A stretch of DNA of 64,000 nt from Microthyrium microscopicum. Its lineage: Eukaryota. Below are positions 62,475-64,000 of this stretch, one piece after another (within the stretch, counting starts at the first letter, position 1; each line of letters begins with the position of its first letter). The stretch is from assembly GCA_010405405.1 (NCBI GenBank), contig MU004242.1, positions 345,751-409,750 on the forward strand, written 5' to 3'. The notes beneath the pieces are model-generated. The model was not told where the DNA came from. It made no database searches and worked only from the letters and a program-made list of their open reading frames with translations. The translations under genes and the position numbers were made by a program.

Positions 62475-63224
62475 GCAGTCAGAGGCCACGGTGCACGTTC
62501 TGGGAACTGTGATTGCGGTTTACCGTTCCTTTGCTTTATTCTTTCCGCTTTACAGAACGTCCCATGAAGTCTTCATTCTATCGACAGGATAATTCTCCTT
62601 CTTTCCCCACAATATGCGATTTGCCTTCGAAGGAGAATTGATTTGCCCAGAGAAGCCGCGATTATCGAAAGCCTAGACTGAAAAGCGATCGGATGGATTG
62701 CGGTATGAAATTCTCAGGTGTATTATAGCTTTTAAAAGTTTTGATTTCTATATTTGATGTTTTCGAGGAAATCACCGTCACTTACTTAACCTAGATTCGA
62801 GGCGACTTGATGTCCTTCATGTTTGAGCCTTCCCAACTCTACAAACTCCCTGCTTAAGTTGTTCGACATCGTATTTGTGCTCATGCAAGGAACTTGGAAG
62901 AATGTGCGCTCTCCTGAAAGCTGCTGTGGATAGTCTTTGTGACAAGCAGAAGATCAGAGACAACACACTCGAGGAGAGAAGTCACCCTCAAGAAGACACG
63001 ATTTCCTCGATTGAACTTGAAAGTTCGTACAATCTTCGGATTCTTTAGATCTGGTACCTCTGTATGTCTAACTCACACTACTTTGGCTTCGCGACCTACT
63101 CGGTCCCTCAATCTCACACACTCAACCGACAAATTCATCCCTTCTACTCCGCACTGTCCGCATTCCCAGCCCACATCTTCTCCCACGTAGGACTTCTCCT
63201 CCATCAAGCGACGAGATGAAAACG

Positions 63225-64000
63225 ATGGCAACCACCTCCTCCAACAACTCCGATGGTGCCAGGAAAGGTATCAGCGACCCTCAGCCTCCATGCTACCTAC
63301 AGCAGGTCCCAACAGAAATTCGTCTCGAAATTTTCCGCCATCTCCTGACTATTCCATCCGAATATTCTGTGTCCTATCTTCGGACAGTCAAGCAACATCC
63401 TTTTACGGACAATGACGAGCTGGAGCCATATGTCAACGTCTATTACCCTGCGTCTCCCACAGCTCAGAAGGGCGCTAATATGGGACCTTTATATCGCAAA
63501 ATATACAATAGACCCTTCGATACGATTCCTCGTGGGACTTTCCTCTACCCTCAAATTCTTGCAACCTGTCGATTGTTTAGCACCGAAGGCCACGAAATTC
63601 TACTGACTGACAATACGTTCCACCTCAAAAATCCATCTTGGTTCACAGAGTTTGATGTGCCGACGCCATCCGAACTCGAATTACATGAGATGTGTCACAT
63701 CAAGTCAAGCACCATTCGACATTTGCAAGTCGCACTGGCGGACATATTCTTTGGAGACATCTCCTGGACTCATATCTACACTCGCTTTCCTGTTGTGACG
63801 TCCATAACTGGAACTCTTCGTTCAGGGTGGCTCGAACACATGGAAGGCGCCTGGTGGGATCGTTTTCTGCATCATGTAGAGCAGCTTTCTTTCCTTAAGC
63901 GCTTTGAGTGCGCGATCTGCGAGGACTCGGTGCTCGATGAGGACTCGATGCTCAACAACGGAGGCATATCCGAGCAGCTGGTGGAAAATGAGCTTCCTAT
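63225..64000 (+). CDS. F-box-like protein, tandem array copy 4 (truncated by window end; start 63216 or 63225)
   Basis: LQQVPTEIRLEIFRHLL...PQILATCRLFSTEG..L..NTF; W.HI..RFPVVTSITG; LKRFECAI. Frame is open to the window edge. Confidence 0.78.
   Translation, partial: MATTSSNNSDGARKGISDPQPPCYLQQVPTEIRLEIFRHLLTIPSEYSVSYLRTVKQHPFTDNDELEPYVNVYYPASPTAQKGANMGPLYRKIYNRPFDTIPRGTFLYPQILATCRLFSTEGHEILLTDNTFHLKNPSWFTEFDVPTPSELELHEMCHIKSSTIRHLQVALADIFFGDISWTHIYTRFPVVTSITGTLRSGWLEHMEGAWWDRFLHHVEQLSFLKRFECAICEDSVLDEDSMLNNGGISEQLVENELP

Overview
Gene-dense, intron-containing chromosomal DNA from a filamentous ascomycete (Pezizomycotina; short GT-AG introns with CTRAC branch sites). The left end holds a circadian clock locus: frequency (frq), divergent from a Zn2Cys6 transcription factor, with GATC/CGAT motif clusters upstream and downstream. 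Conserved housekeeping genes follow: Nsl1/Mis14, mitochondrial uS17m, a GRE2-like reductase, the carnitine carrier, PRP6, SRP14, SGD1/NOM1, a GH76 DCW1/DFG5-like protein, RRP14/SURF6 and a NIPA Mg2+ transporter. Accessory material is interspersed: a secreted GMC oxidoreductase beside a probable hAT transposon relic, a head-to-head pair sharing a His/Val/Thr-rich domain, a Tyr/Lys-rich secreted protein facing a Cys-Pro-Cys secreted protein, and about seven F-box-like genes. Four of these form a diverging tandem array at the right end, with one decayed copy and one copy lacking a shared intron. All calls come from reading the sequence and recalled family motifs; no searches were run.
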